From positions 1 to 64,000 of the forward strand of contig CAZBPC010000003.1 in the NCBI GenBank assembly GCA_964493715.1: 64,000 nucleotides of DNA, given 5' to 3'. Made by a program: the position numbers and the translations under genes. Every line of letters begins with the position of its first letter. Positions within the stretch are counted from its first letter, which is position 1. The notes under the pieces are model-generated. The model did no database searches. It worked only from the letters and a program-made list of their open reading frames with translations, and was not told the DNA's origin. The DNA is from an uncultured archaeon. Lineage in GTDB: Archaea; Asgardarchaeota; Lokiarchaeia; Sigyniarchaeales; SOKP01. Shown here in pieces: positions 19,192 through 30,005 of the stretch.

Positions 19192-20112
19192 ATGTTTAAA
19201 GAAAAATTTAAAGAGGGAATTATAACAGCTAAAGATTTCACTCGGGATGATATTGATTATATCCTAAAGAAAGCAAGAGGAATGATTAGCAATGATAAGA
19301 ATTCACAACTTTTAAGCAATAAAATCTTAGCTACGTTATTTTTTGAACCTTCTACAAGAACTAGGCTTAGTTTTGAGTCAGCAATGCATAGATTAGGTGG
19401 AAGTGTAATCGGTTTTCATAAGGGAGATGTTTCTTCTGTCACAAAAGGAGAAACTCTCGCAGATACGATTAGAACAGTAGAAAATTATAGTGATTGCATT
19501 GTGATTCGCCATAATATGGAGGGAGCTGCAAAATTAGCCGCGAAGTTTTCTAGGATTCCTATCATCAATGCAGGGTCTGGTAGTGGTGAACATCCTACTC
19601 AAGCTTTATTAGATTTATTAACAATAACTGAAGAAGGGCAAAAGTTGGACGGCATAAATATCGGAATTATGGGTGATCTCAAGTATGGAAGAACTGTTCA
19701 TTCTTTAACAATCCTATTGTCAAATTATGATGCAAATATATATTTAATAAGTCCAAATGAACTAATGCTACGAAATCGAGACAAGGACTTCTTGCAAAGA
19801 AGACAAGTAAAATATAAAGAAATCACTCAATATCGTAAGATTTTAGATGTGCTAGATGTTTTATACATGACTCGTATTCAAAAAGAAAGGTTTCCAGATG
19901 TTGAGGAATATGATCGAGTGAAGAATTTTTATGTATTTAGAAGCGATGATCTTGAGGAGACAAAAGACAATTTCAAACTCATGCATCCCTTACCAAGGAT
20001 TACAGAGATTTCTCCTGAAGTGGATAGTTCCCCTAAAGCTATTTACTTCAAGCAGACTCACTATGGGGTTCCAATGAGAAAAGCAATATTAGCAGAATTA
20101 TTATCTGATTAA
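19192..20112 (+). CDS. pyrB: Aspartate carbamoyltransferase catalytic subunit
   Basis: FFEPSTRTRLSF, HPTQ, GDLKYGRTVHS, HPLPR. Confidence 0.97.
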   Translation: MFKEKFKEGIITAKDFTRDDIDYILKKARGMISNDKNSQLLSNKILATLFFEPSTRTRLSFESAMHRLGGSVIGFHKGDVSSVTKGETLADTIRTVENYSDCIVIRHNMEGAAKLAAKFSRIPIINAGSGSGEHPTQALLDLLTITEEGQKLDGINIGIMGDLKYGRTVHSLTILLSNYDANIYLISPNELMLRNRDKDFLQRRQVKYKEITQYRKILDVLDVLYMTRIQKERFPDVEEYDRVKNFYVFRSDDLEETKDNFKLMHPLPRITEISPEVDSSPKAIYFKQTHYGVPMRKAILAELLSD

Positions 20113-20121
20113 TTTTTTGAC

Positions 20122-22098
20122 TTATTTTGGGAATATTGCGTTTATTTTTGATTTTTTTAATAAAATTAATAAGTTAAAAAGATCCTGTTCATCCTGACAG
20201 TCTGGGAGATAAAATATATTTCCCCCATCAAGTACCATTTGAAATTTTTTAAATAGATCAAGTTGTTTATCAATAGATAAAGTTGATTCTTGTCTTATAA
20301 TAGAACTGGAATAGCATTTAGCCTTCATAGAAGGATCAAACGGATTATTATTAGAAAAATCAATCAAATGATGAGGTTGAGTCAAGACATAATTTTCTCC
20401 TAAATCTTCATTCTTTTCTATAATCATTAGTTTTATTATTTCTAGCATTTTCAAGGCAAATTTTTCACTAGTCTCGATTCGATCCAACTCAATTCCACAA
20501 TGGTATTCTGTTGCTTCGTTTAACCCTATAAAGCTAATGGCTTTTATTGAGTTCTTTAAAAGATTTCCTGGTGTAGTATTAAAAATAGTCTCGCATATAT
20601 TTATCCAACGTTCTTGAAAATTCAATTTCTTGTCTAACAAATCTTTTTTAATCTCAAAAAACTCGAATATGTGAGAGATTTTCTCACAAAGAATTTCTTC
20701 AAAGTGATCATCATCTCCCTTTGAATTTACTGCGACTTTATGTAAGTTTATCAAAATTTTATCGAGGATTACATTATTAGGTATTAATCTTTGTATGGAG
20801 GGTGATTTTTTTACACAAATTGCGGTTGAATTTAATAATCCAGATGTTTTCTTGCAATAAAACTGAGTATTATAGTTTAAATTGTTGATAAGATTGTGAT
20901 CATCGTTTATTAAATCTAAACCTGAATATTCAAACAATATAAGTGGAGAATGTCCTTTCAAATTTGATTGGCATTCCTTATTCAAGCAATTCAAAAATCT
21001 TTGGGCTTCAATCATGCATTCTTTCTTATTAAATGAAAAATCTAAAGACAAAGCTGATCCATTACTGAGATAAGCACTATTTTGGCAACATAATTTAAGC
21101 AATTCTGATACTAAAAACTTGAATATTAAATCATCATGCCCTTTCAGGGAATATAATAAAGTAGAATCGAAATCACTTAGTAGAATGTCTTCAGATACAT
21201 AGGGATGTATATTTGAAAGTTTAGTCATAAATGATTGAATCATACGAAAAGCTTTTCGAGGGTCATTCGAATCATAAATTTTGGTATCATTTTCCTTACA
21301 AATTACATCCAAAAGCGTTTTTGTTTTTATGTAAGCACCAAGTGGTCTTAAACTCCAATAATTTAAGTTTAAAAGGATAATATCCCCAGAAAGGTAGAGA
21401 TCAGCAAGATCCTTAGGCAACAAGTTAAGAAGTAAAAATTGCTCTGAAACATCAGATCCAAGCTCGTGTAAAAACATTTCTGGATTAATATGTTTATCAT
21501 TAAATAATTTCTTAGCTTCAAAAGGAGGGGTTCCTAAACGTGTTAATCGATGTCTTACGTGTTCTAATCCGTTTTCTAACAATATACCATTTATATATTC
21601 ACGCATTAATGGAGTGGTCAAATATTCTACCTCAGTTCGAGAAAGTCTTTCGCTTACTTCATTTGCAATTTGTTTAGCCCGAAATAATTCCATTCCCCCC
21701 TCCCTTACTAAATATTTTTCTATATTCTCAAGATTAAAAGGTTCTGTAGAATATCTTGAAGTACGGATCATTATAGATGTATCTTGATTGTTAAGAATCT
21801 GTTCCATTGAAATTATATTTCCTAATATTTTCTTACCTAATAACGTAAGTAAGTAACCTTCATCAGAGGTTTCAATTAAATCGTTAGTCTTCAATACTTT
21901 AAGATGAAAAGAAAAATTTACTGAATTCGGATTTGATCCTAAAACTTGTTTCTGAAGCAAGGAATAACTCACAGGAGTAGTATTATTATTCAAATTCTTT
22001 AAAATATCTAGTCTAATCTTCTGACCTAATATCTTTAATTGCCGTTCTAATAGATCACTATTTTTGTCGGAATCCACTTTATTTATCCTATTATTCAA
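20122..22098 (-). CDS. ArsR-type wHTH + ATP-cone + degenerate NrdD (class III RNR)-like protein
   Basis: IRLDILK...FSFHLKVL...YLLTLLG (wHTH); IRTSRYSTEPF...LTTPLMREY (ATP cone); INLHKVA, SFIGLNEA, LDGGNI (NrdD barrel-like); no glycyl-radical loop. Confidence 0.8.
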   Translation of the reverse strand: MNNRINKVDSDKNSDLLERQLKILGQKIRLDILKNLNNNTTPVSYSLLQKQVLGSNPNSVNFSFHLKVLKTNDLIETSDEGYLLTLLGKKILGNIISMEQILNNQDTSIMIRTSRYSTEPFNLENIEKYLVREGGMELFRAKQIANEVSERLSRTEVEYLTTPLMREYINGILLENGLEHVRHRLTRLGTPPFEAKKLFNDKHINPEMFLHELGSDVSEQFLLLNLLPKDLADLYLSGDIILLNLNYWSLRPLGAYIKTKTLLDVICKENDTKIYDSNDPRKAFRMIQSFMTKLSNIHPYVSEDILLSDFDSTLLYSLKGHDDLIFKFLVSELLKLCCQNSAYLSNGSALSLDFSFNKKECMIEAQRFLNCLNKECQSNLKGHSPLILFEYSGLDLINDDHNLINNLNYNTQFYCKKTSGLLNSTAICVKKSPSIQRLIPNNVILDKILINLHKVAVNSKGDDDHFEEILCEKISHIFEFFEIKKDLLDKKLNFQERWINICETIFNTTPGNLLKNSIKAISFIGLNEATEYHCGIELDRIETSEKFALKMLEIIKLMIIEKNEDLGENYVLTQPHHLIDFSNNNPFDPSMKAKCYSSSIIRQESTLSIDKQLDLFKKFQMVLDGGNIFYLPDCQDEQDLFNLLILLKKSKINAIFPK

Positions 22099-22255
22099 TA
22101 TCTCAAGTCCTAGTTATCTAATTATTGCACATGACTGTATTTAAAATTTAGGAACTAATTGATTGTGCACTAATTTTTCATAATATCTGGGTGATATATA
22201 AGCCAATTATATAAAAAAATGCATACATAAAAAGTAGTATTAAAAAATGTGAATT

Positions 22256-22873
22256 TTACCTAGCAGAGACCGCAATGCGTTCAATTTCATCCTTCTTTTT
22301 CACTGCGCGCGATTCTTGACTATTATCTGCTGCAAGTATCAATTCTTGTGCCAAATTTGAGGCAAAATCTTTCTCATTTGAATGAGATCTTGCACTAATT
22401 GCTTGAACAATGTATTTTATTCCAAGATCAACTCTCCTTTGCGGTGATATATCAACAGCAGACGCGTAACTTATACCACCCATCGCTATCCTAGTAGTTT
22501 CTTCTCTAGGTGCGGAATTACATATCGCATCGACAATAACTTGGATAGGGTTTTTCCCAGTTTTCAATTCAATCAATATAAATGCGTTCAGTATCATTTT
22601 AATTAACTTGTTCTTTTTACCCGAATTATAGGAACTTTTACGTCCTTTGGTTTTAGATCCAATAAAACCGGGGGCTAATAGTCTGTTTATAAAACGCTCA
22701 ATGATTGATACCCGTGTTGTTTTCCAAAATCTTCGGTGCTCATGTCTTCCACAACTTTGAGGAATGATTATGGGTTTCAAATTGATATATGCTTCAAGCG
22801 TCCAATCAGATATTTCAATTTCGTTAAAAGACCATTTATTAAATAATTTTATGTCTGTAATTGTTTTACTCAT
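22256..22873 (-). CDS. rps7: 30S ribosomal protein S7
   Basis: KLFNKW, APREE, VDISPQRRVD, ERIAVSAR. Confidence 0.97.
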   Translation of the reverse strand: MSKTITDIKLFNKWSFNEIEISDWTLEAYINLKPIIIPQSCGRHEHRRFWKTTRVSIIERFINRLLAPGFIGSKTKGRKSSYNSGKKNKLIKMILNAFILIELKTGKNPIQVIVDAICNSAPREETTRIAMGGISYASAVDISPQRRVDLGIKYIVQAISARSHSNEKDFASNLAQELILAADNSQESRAVKKKDEIERIAVSAR

Positions 22874-22886
22874 GATTAATCCCTCT

Positions 22887-23321
22887 TTAGCGCATGGGTT
22901 TTTCTTTCTTTCCAGAAACTAAAGCATCCAAGGATACACCATTTACTTTTACAACCCTCCACCGAACACCAGGAAGATCTCCAATTGAGCGCCCTTTGGC
23001 ACCACCGATTCCCTCTACAATTACCCGATCGTGTTCCTCAATGAAATTAAGGCTTCCATCTCCCGGGAGAAAGGCAGTAATGGATTTTCCATTTTTTTTT
23101 AGCTGTACGCGCACGCATTTACGAATCGCAGAATTCGGTTGCTTACTTTCTCTACCAACTTTTTGAAGGACAATACCTAAAGCTTGTGGAGCACCCTCAA
23201 GAGGATCTGCATGTTTTTTTAGTTTTAATCTTGTTCTTTTATAGTCTGTCTTCGACCAGCGGAACTTTTTTCTATTTGTTCGCAATTGTCTGGCAGCATA
23301 TAATCCCTTCGGTTTTGACAT
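22887..23321 (-). CDS. rps12: 30S ribosomal protein S12
   Basis: [23 protein letters not shown]. Confidence 0.98.
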   Translation of the reverse strand: MSKPKGLYAARQLRTNRKKFRWSKTDYKRTRLKLKKHADPLEGAPQALGIVLQKVGRESKQPNSAIRKCVRVQLKKNGKSITAFLPGDGSLNFIEEHDRVIVEGIGGAKGRSIGDLPGVRWRVVKVNGVSLDALVSGKKEKPMR

Positions 23322-23419
23322 TTTCTTTTCCTAAATCGAGTAAGTTAACTAGATGGTACTAGATAATATGTGTATTATTTCCTTAAACTTAAAATTTATG
23401 AAATTAGAAAAGTTCTTTT

Positions 23420-23893
23420 CTAATTTTTTGTATTAATAATAACGTTATCCACTTCAAAATGTCGAGTAACTAATAGTTTTACTTTTCGAATCATCGAACC
23501 TTCCTTTCCAATAGCTTTTCCTCTATCTTGGGGTTTCACTGAGATGATAACGGTTTTTTTATCGTTTTTATTCTCTTTAATTTCAATCTCTTGAACTGTT
23601 ATGGAATTTTTAGAGGTATTAAGAATAAATTGAATGAATTGTTCAAGTTTTTCTGAATAAGGAATTACATCTATTTTCTTTTGAAGTTTGTTCATTAAAT
23701 CTTTAACGTGTTCTCCTGACTTACCAATCGCTTTTCCAACATCTTCTTTTTTAACTAGGAAAATAATAATCTCTGAGTTATTTTCTGGGGAATCAAACGT
23801 TAAACAATCTTTTATAATGGCTCCTGAAAGGTTGTTAAATAACGAGATGAGTTCCATAGATTTTCTATCGAATTTGATATTTCTCCTTATCAT
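23420..23893 (-). CDS. nusA: Archaeal NusA (two KH domains)
   Basis: Two GKAIGKxG motifs; lies between L30e and S12. Confidence 0.93.
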   Translation of the reverse strand: MIRRNIKFDRKSMELISLFNNLSGAIIKDCLTFDSPENNSEIIIFLVKKEDVGKAIGKSGEHVKDLMNKLQKKIDVIPYSEKLEQFIQFILNTSKNSITVQEIEIKENKNDKKTVIISVKPQDRGKAIGKEGSMIRKVKLLVTRHFEVDNVIINTKN

Positions 23894-23926
23894 ATTAGCC
23901 TGTACTCTTAAGTATAAATATTTTTA

Positions 23927-24295
23927 TCACTTTGTTTTTAAAGAAACTAACGCACTATCACCGAATTCATTGATTCCTATCACCGAGATCATGTATGGTT
24001 TTCCCATGGCTAATCCAAGTTCCCAAGAGGAACCTATATATTTGTAAATAAAAATACTATTTCCCGCAAGGCTATTATAGTAATTTAATTGATTTTCAAA
24101 TTCGGTAGGACAATTTTGCGCGATTATAATCATTTTAAATGGTTTTTGTCTCAATTGACGTAAGACTTGACTTTTACCAAAAATGATTTTCCCCGTTTTA
24201 TACGCGACTTTGATATTTGTTTCGACATCAAGTTCCTTTTTCTTCTTGCGCGATAGGTCGATTGTGTCGCTTATATTTTTGCTCTTCTTTGCCAT
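23927..24295 (-). CDS. rpl30e: 50S ribosomal protein L30e
   Basis: TGKIIFG, IAQNCP, ELGLAMGKPY. Confidence 0.93.
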   Translation of the reverse strand: MAKKSKNISDTIDLSRKKKKELDVETNIKVAYKTGKIIFGKSQVLRQLRQKPFKMIIIAQNCPTEFENQLNYYNSLAGNSIFIYKYIGSSWELGLAMGKPYMISVIGINEFGDSALVSLKTK

Positions 24296-24489
24296 CGTCT
24301 TAAAAACTATTTAGAATTTATAATACAATAATTAAGTAATAAAAGAAATTCATGATGATTTAAATTTTTAATGCTAATTTGTGCTAAATTTTGAGAAAAG
24401 AATTAAAATAATTATAATAATATAGATGGTTCAAAATTATTTTAGCGCTCAGTATTGGAGTTAATGATATGCTTGAAAAATTTGATATT

Positions 24490-24845
24490 TTAATCATTGA
24501 ATCCTTCGATTTGTTCTTTACGAAAATCTCCTAAATTCTTTCCTTTTTTCTTTTTTTCCATTATAGAAATATAAAACTCTTTATTTATATTCCAACACCG
24601 AGGACAAAACCACGCACCCGTGACATAATTACGAATTCGATCTCCTTTAAGCGTGTGACAGGTGGCACATTGCTAGATCGATTTGTTATAAGCAATCTTC
24701 AAACCTTCTGCTTGAATATACTCCTTTGATGCTTCTAAATCATCGATCCGTTCCCATACAACTTCAAACCAGGCATTTCGAAAATTTTGAGCTATTTGCC
24801 GCAAGCGGGGATCTGATATGGAGATCTTTCTTTTTTTTCATCATG
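24490..24845 (-). pseudogene. Decayed small zinc-finger protein gene (CxxC...WFCxxC)
   Basis: Reads ISDPRLRQIAQNFRNAWFEV...YNKSI*QCATCH...GAWFCPRCW, with in-frame TAG at 24673-24675 and apparent frameshifts at both ends. Confidence 0.55.
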
Positions 24846-25055
24846 AACTAAATACCAATATTTAATTTTAAAGATTTGCCTCCTAAGATTAAATTCATAT
24901 GATTGTTATAGGAATGGGAGGAAAAAAACCTTTATAGGGCTATTAGTACTCCAATAAAATGAAAAAAAATTTGTATAATCACGAAAAAGGGTTTTTTTTT
25001 TTTAAAAATAAGGAAAGAGCTCAGAAGGTATTTAACTTCAACATAATGTATCGAT

Positions 25056-26258
25056 TCATGGAACTCTTTTATTCTGCTCTAATATTTCCAGGTTTCGATC
25101 GAGATCGAACATAATATTTACTCTGCCGCTGCCTATAGGGCATACTTGGCCAACTATCACATTTTCAGGTATTCCCAGAAGGCGTTCTTCTTCACCATAA
25201 AGTCCCGCATCAAGCAATTGGTTTACAGTGACTTCGAAAGCAGCCCTGGCAAAAACACTCGATTTTGATCCAGAGATACCGTGCCTTCCAATGGATTGAA
25301 TCGCGCCATCTACACACATTAAATCTGATAGAATAAGTAAATGCCTTAGATCTACGTCTAATCCTTGTTGATCAAGTACTTTCTTAGCTTCTCTAATGAT
25401 TAATGATCGAGCAGCTTCAATACCGTATAATTTTTCAATTTCATGAATGTGATTCGAAACGGTTCTTGAAGCATCCACGCCTTCAATTTGAACAACACTA
25501 GGTAAATTCGTGCCTTCAGTTTTAATGACCCATTCTTTATTGTTATCTGTAGGAGTAAGGAGGCCCCTTTTTATCCCTCTTATTCCTTTCACGACTTTCT
25601 TAAGAATCTTTTCTCTCAGTTTTTGAAGGCTTTGCAAGTCTTCTATTCCAGGATCAATGATGATTGAATTTCCTTCCCGCACGATTGTTCCTTTTTTCTT
25701 ATAACGCTTCAAAATTTCCGGAATTTTGTCAATATCTATGCTTTTTTTCTCGCAGATATCAGGTATGAGATGAATTACTATTTTCCAGTCAATAAAGTCA
25801 AGATCCACATCCGAAGCAATTTGTTCGATTCGGATTTGTTCAATGCGATTATGAACCTCGATCGCTTTTGCTTCACTTTCGTTGTAAGGTTTTTCTAAGT
25901 ATATCTCCATCATGGGAGTTGATGGAAAACGACGTGCATCAACAATTTCAATCAGTCGGGGAAGTCCTTGAGTTACTGAAAATTCTTCTACTCCTGCATA
26001 ATGAAAGGTTCGAAGTGTCATTTGGGTACCTGGTTCTCCAATTGATTGGGCAGCAACGGTGCCAACAGGTTCAGAAGTTTCTACACGTGCATTATTATAA
26101 TTGATATAGATCTTATTTAGCAAGTATTCTAATTGTTCTTCCTCTAATTCCTCGTGCGTGAGTTTATTTCTTATTTTGTCTATTAGATCTTGCGGAATAT
26201 CATCATCATATAAATTGGTTAATTTTTCTTCTAAATATTTTTTTGTTATAACTACCAT
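25056..26258 (-). CDS. rpoA2: RNA polymerase subunit Rpo1C (A'')
   Basis: [33 protein letters not shown]. Start placed at ATG 26258. Confidence 0.97.
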   Translation of the reverse strand: MVVITKKYLEEKLTNLYDDDIPQDLIDKIRNKLTHEELEEEQLEYLLNKIYINYNNARVETSEPVGTVAAQSIGEPGTQMTLRTFHYAGVEEFSVTQGLPRLIEIVDARRFPSTPMMEIYLEKPYNESEAKAIEVHNRIEQIRIEQIASDVDLDFIDWKIVIHLIPDICEKKSIDIDKIPEILKRYKKKGTIVREGNSIIIDPGIEDLQSLQKLREKILKKVVKGIRGIKRGLLTPTDNNKEWVIKTEGTNLPSVVQIEGVDASRTVSNHIHEIEKLYGIEAARSLIIREAKKVLDQQGLDVDLRHLLILSDLMCVDGAIQSIGRHGISGSKSSVFARAAFEVTVNQLLDAGLYGEEERLLGIPENVIVGQVCPIGSGRVNIMFDLDRNLEILEQNKRVP

Positions 26259-26266
26259 AAAATCAC

Positions 26267-29200
26267 TTATAAATTGTATTTTTCTTGTTTCCAATCTAAA
26301 TATCCTTTAGTTAATTTCCCTCTCCATTCAGCATTTTTTCTGGTAGCTTCTTCATAAGCTTTTCTCATTGTATCCTCATCAGGGGTGGAGTCCTGTGTTT
26401 CTATTGCTTTTTCTATTTCCTTAGGTTTAGCAACAGCCTTTTTAGGGGTTGGTTTTTTAGTGCTTGATGTTTTAGGTTGAGCATTGGATCTTAGTTCATC
26501 TCGAATTTCATTAATATCGAGCGCTTTAGCTTTAAGTAGTAATACATCGAGATTTACAGCATCACTATGATCTGTGTGCATGGGATCAATTCCATCATCA
26601 CCATAATAAAATTGAATAATATTTTTATCAGAGTTCCTTACTGTGTTATCATTCTCTACAACCATGTCTTGTAACGCGTTCACAAGCCTTCTTTGCATAT
26701 ATCCCGAGGTGCTTGTTCTTACCGCGGTATCTACTAAACCTTCTCGACCACCCATTGCATGGAAGAAGAATTCCTCTGGTTTAAGACCGTTCCTATAAGA
26801 TGATTCTACAAAACCTCTCGATTTTGGAGTGAGGTCATTTACTTTGAAATGTGGGAGAGTTCTTTGACTGTATCCCCTATTAATTCTTTCTCCCCTAATT
26901 GCTTGTTGCCCAACAACCGCAGACATTTGTCCTAAGTTTAAGATATTCCCTCTTGCTCCAGACTTAGTCATAATTACTGAATGAGCTTCATCACCAATAA
27001 AATCAGCTGCAATTTCTTCAGCTTTTTTACGTGCTTCTGCTAATAATTGGCGAATTCTCAATTCTAACGTTTCTTTTAACGATCGTCCAGGAGCACGTTT
27101 TAATACTGTTGTATCTTCCTCATAAAATGCGTTAATTAACGTATCAGCTTCTTCATCAGCGTCTTTTAATACCTTTTGTATTGCCTCATAGGCATGACCA
27201 TGAACATAAACTTCATCCAGCCCAATCGTCATTCCATTTTGTCTGATTACATATAATAGCATTTTAGTTGCATTATCTAAGAATTGCCTTCCTCGAGCAT
27301 TTCCATGATCCTTAATTATTCTTTGTAGAATGCTATTAGACTGCATTGGACCAAAAGAATTTTCATCTATTGTCCCTGTTATTAATTCACCATTTTTTAT
27401 AACAACGTAAGCGTCATATTTACAATTTTCTTCCTCGCAGACTTCGCATTTTTTACAAAATTTTGATTTTACTTTGATATTTAAGTCATCTGGAAATAGT
27501 GAGCTAAAAATTTGCTTACCAGAATATAAGTTCTCAGGTTCTGTTTGGATTGGTATAAGATTTTCCAATTTGAAATCGGGATTTGTGTCAAATATACCTC
27601 CCATATAAAGCAAGTTTAAGGCGTCTTTCTTTTTATAAAGAGAGTTTAAACTAGTAAATTGAAAAACTGATGAAATAAAATCTTGAATCCCCCCTAATAT
27701 TGGTCCACCGAATCGGGGAGATAAAATATGTTCTTGTACTTTAAGTAATAATTCTGCTTCAGTTCGAGCTTCCTCACTTTGCGGAACGTGAAGGTTCATC
27801 TCATCACCATCAAAATCAGCGTTATATGGAGGGCATACAGTTAAATTAAGTCTAAAAGTTCTTCCATCCATAATTCTAACTTCATGAGCCATTATAGACA
27901 TTCTATGAAGAGATGGTTGCCGATTAAACAGTACTAAATCTCCATCACTTAAATGGCGCTCCACTGTAAATCCAGGAGCTAGGGTATCAGCTATAATTTT
28001 TCGATTCTTTACGTATCTAAGATCAATTCTTCTTCTATCGTTTCTAATTATATAATTAGCACCGGGATGCCTAAATGGTCCATTGATGACCATTTGTTTC
28101 ATTTCTTCAATATTCCAATCATTAACATTAGTAGGAATTGTTAAAATTTTAGCTATTTCAATAGGCACGCCCACTTCATTAATACTAATATAGGGATTAG
28201 GTGATATTACGCTTCTTGCCGAAAAATCTACTCGCTTTCCGCTTAAATTACTCCGGAATCTTCCTTCTTTTCCCTTTAATCTTTGAGTTAAAGTTCTTAA
28301 AGCTCGACCCGATCTATGACGAGCAGGGGGAATTCCAGAAACTTGATTATCAAAATAAGTTGTTATGTGATATTGCAATAATTCCCATAAATCCTCAACA
28401 ATTAAATGCGGTGCTCCAGCGTCTATATTTTCCCTCAGTCTCTGGTTGATGCGAATTACATCAACTAATTTATGCGTCAAATCATCTTCTGATCGTATAC
28501 CACTATCTAAAGTGATACTCGGTCGTGCACAAACAGGAGGGATTGGTAGAACCGTAAATATGACCCATTCTAAACGCGCATTTTCAGGAGAAATACCAAG
28601 TATTCGTAAGTCATTGTCGGTCATTTTTTTCAAACGCTCTAAGATTTCTATTGGGGTTAATCTTCGAGATCCCTTACTTTCTTCTTCTTCATAATATGTA
28701 GTAGGCTTTTCAATAATTATTTTCTTCTTTTTAGCCCCGCAGTAAGGACATACTTTACTTTTTCTTGCTCTTTTGAAGACAATTTTCGAAGCATCCTCGT
28801 CTCCCTCAAAGAAAATGATTCTATGTTGTTGCTGTTCTGAATGGAATTTTTCCTTTTCTTCCTCTGTAAGCATTAATCGAGAACATTCGGGGCATATCGA
28901 TCTTAATACTTTAAGCACTTTTTTTGAATATCCGACGTGTATGACTGGTCGTGCTAATTCTATATGTCCAAAATGACCCATACAATTACTGACCAGATTA
29001 CCACATGTTTGACATCGCTGTCCCGGCTCAATAGTGCCTAATCTTTGGTCCATCAATCCACTTGGAATCGGAAGGCCATCCTCATCATAAGTATCAGCGG
29101 TAATAATTCGAGCGGCACTCATCTTACGAATTTCATCTGGAGATAAAAGACCAAACTTTATCTTGTCGATTAACTTGGTACGTGAATAAGTATAACTCAT
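26267..29200 (-). CDS. rpoA1: RNA polymerase subunit Rpo1N (A')
   Basis: [35 protein letters not shown]. Confidence 0.99.
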   Translation of the reverse strand: MSYTYSRTKLIDKIKFGLLSPDEIRKMSAARIITADTYDEDGLPIPSGLMDQRLGTIEPGQRCQTCGNLVSNCMGHFGHIELARPVIHVGYSKKVLKVLRSICPECSRLMLTEEEKEKFHSEQQQHRIIFFEGDEDASKIVFKRARKSKVCPYCGAKKKKIIIEKPTTYYEEEESKGSRRLTPIEILERLKKMTDNDLRILGISPENARLEWVIFTVLPIPPVCARPSITLDSGIRSEDDLTHKLVDVIRINQRLRENIDAGAPHLIVEDLWELLQYHITTYFDNQVSGIPPARHRSGRALRTLTQRLKGKEGRFRSNLSGKRVDFSARSVISPNPYISINEVGVPIEIAKILTIPTNVNDWNIEEMKQMVINGPFRHPGANYIIRNDRRRIDLRYVKNRKIIADTLAPGFTVERHLSDGDLVLFNRQPSLHRMSIMAHEVRIMDGRTFRLNLTVCPPYNADFDGDEMNLHVPQSEEARTEAELLLKVQEHILSPRFGGPILGGIQDFISSVFQFTSLNSLYKKKDALNLLYMGGIFDTNPDFKLENLIPIQTEPENLYSGKQIFSSLFPDDLNIKVKSKFCKKCEVCEEENCKYDAYVVIKNGELITGTIDENSFGPMQSNSILQRIIKDHGNARGRQFLDNATKMLLYVIRQNGMTIGLDEVYVHGHAYEAIQKVLKDADEEADTLINAFYEEDTTVLKRAPGRSLKETLELRIRQLLAEARKKAEEIAADFIGDEAHSVIMTKSGARGNILNLGQMSAVVGQQAIRGERINRGYSQRTLPHFKVNDLTPKSRGFVESSYRNGLKPEEFFFHAMGGREGLVDTAVRTSTSGYMQRRLVNALQDMVVENDNTVRNSDKNIIQFYYGDDGIDPMHTDHSDAVNLDVLLLKAKALDINEIRDELRSNAQPKTSSTKKPTPKKAVAKPKEIEKAIETQDSTPDEDTMRKAYEEATRKNAEWRGKLTKGYLDWKQEKYNL

Positions 29201-29396
29201 ATAATTATAACATCCTCTATATTTTGAATAAAATGAATATTATTTATTATTAATTTAGAATAAGTGAACAAATACTGCACTGTAAGAAACAGAAGCAAGC
29301 AAATATTAAAAATTTTACTATTTCACCATCATTCATTAACATATCCTCATATTTCTTTTTGAAGAAATTTTATTTTAATGCAATATTTTTAACTAT

Positions 29397-30005
29397 TTGA
29401 TAATGAAAATTATGATTTTATTGAAAAACAAGCTTTTCCTTGTTTTTATTCAATTTTTGATATTAACATTAATGATTCATGGTTTTAATCATTCTTATCT
29501 GATTACTTTTAATACCCATACACCTATAGAGCAGCAAGTTATCATACAATTTCTTGCGAATTATGTTATATTTGATGATATAGGTGGTATGATATTTACA
29601 TTTTTAATTTGGATTATAGTTTCACTCATTCCTATTATCATCTTTTTTGATTTTAAAAAAGCCTATTCAACCAACTTGAGCACCTTCTTTTTACTTAACT
29701 TTTTTTTCTATGTGTTTCTTTTTAGATATGAGAAGGATTTCTTTAACAGTCATTTTCCTACTTTGATTATAAATACTCTATTACTTGGTTCTGCTATAAT
29801 TATATTTTCAATTGGATTATCAATAGGGTTAATTTTCCTCAAAAAGCGTTGGAAAATGCAGAACCACGAAAAATTCAGCCCAATTGACGGAAAACCATTG
29901 ATGACATGTCCTAAATGTGGTACAGAATTTCAATCTATTCCGATGTTTTGCTATAATTGTAATACAAAATTAATTAATGAAGAGGATGATAACTCTGAAA
30001 TCTGA
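29397..30005 (+). CDS. Membrane protein with C-terminal zinc ribbon
   Basis: About 4 hydrophobic segments followed by CPKCG...FCYNC. Confidence 0.7.
   Translation: MIMKIMILLKNKLFLVFIQFLILTLMIHGFNHSYLITFNTHTPIEQQVIIQFLANYVIFDDIGGMIFTFLIWIIVSLIPIIIFFDFKKAYSTNLSTFFLLNFFFYVFLFRYEKDFFNSHFPTLIINTLLLGSAIIIFSIGLSIGLIFLKKRWKMQNHEKFSPIDGKPLMTCPKCGTEFQSIPMFCYNCNTKLINEEDDNSEI

Noticed and set aside
20122-22098. Annotation as a functional anaerobic ribonucleotide reductase (nrdD)
   Set aside because: The glycyl-radical loop and C-terminal metal site are missing.
24673-24675. In-frame TAG as a pyrrolysine codon
   Set aside because: The same gene also has frameshifts, and no pyl genes are in the window.
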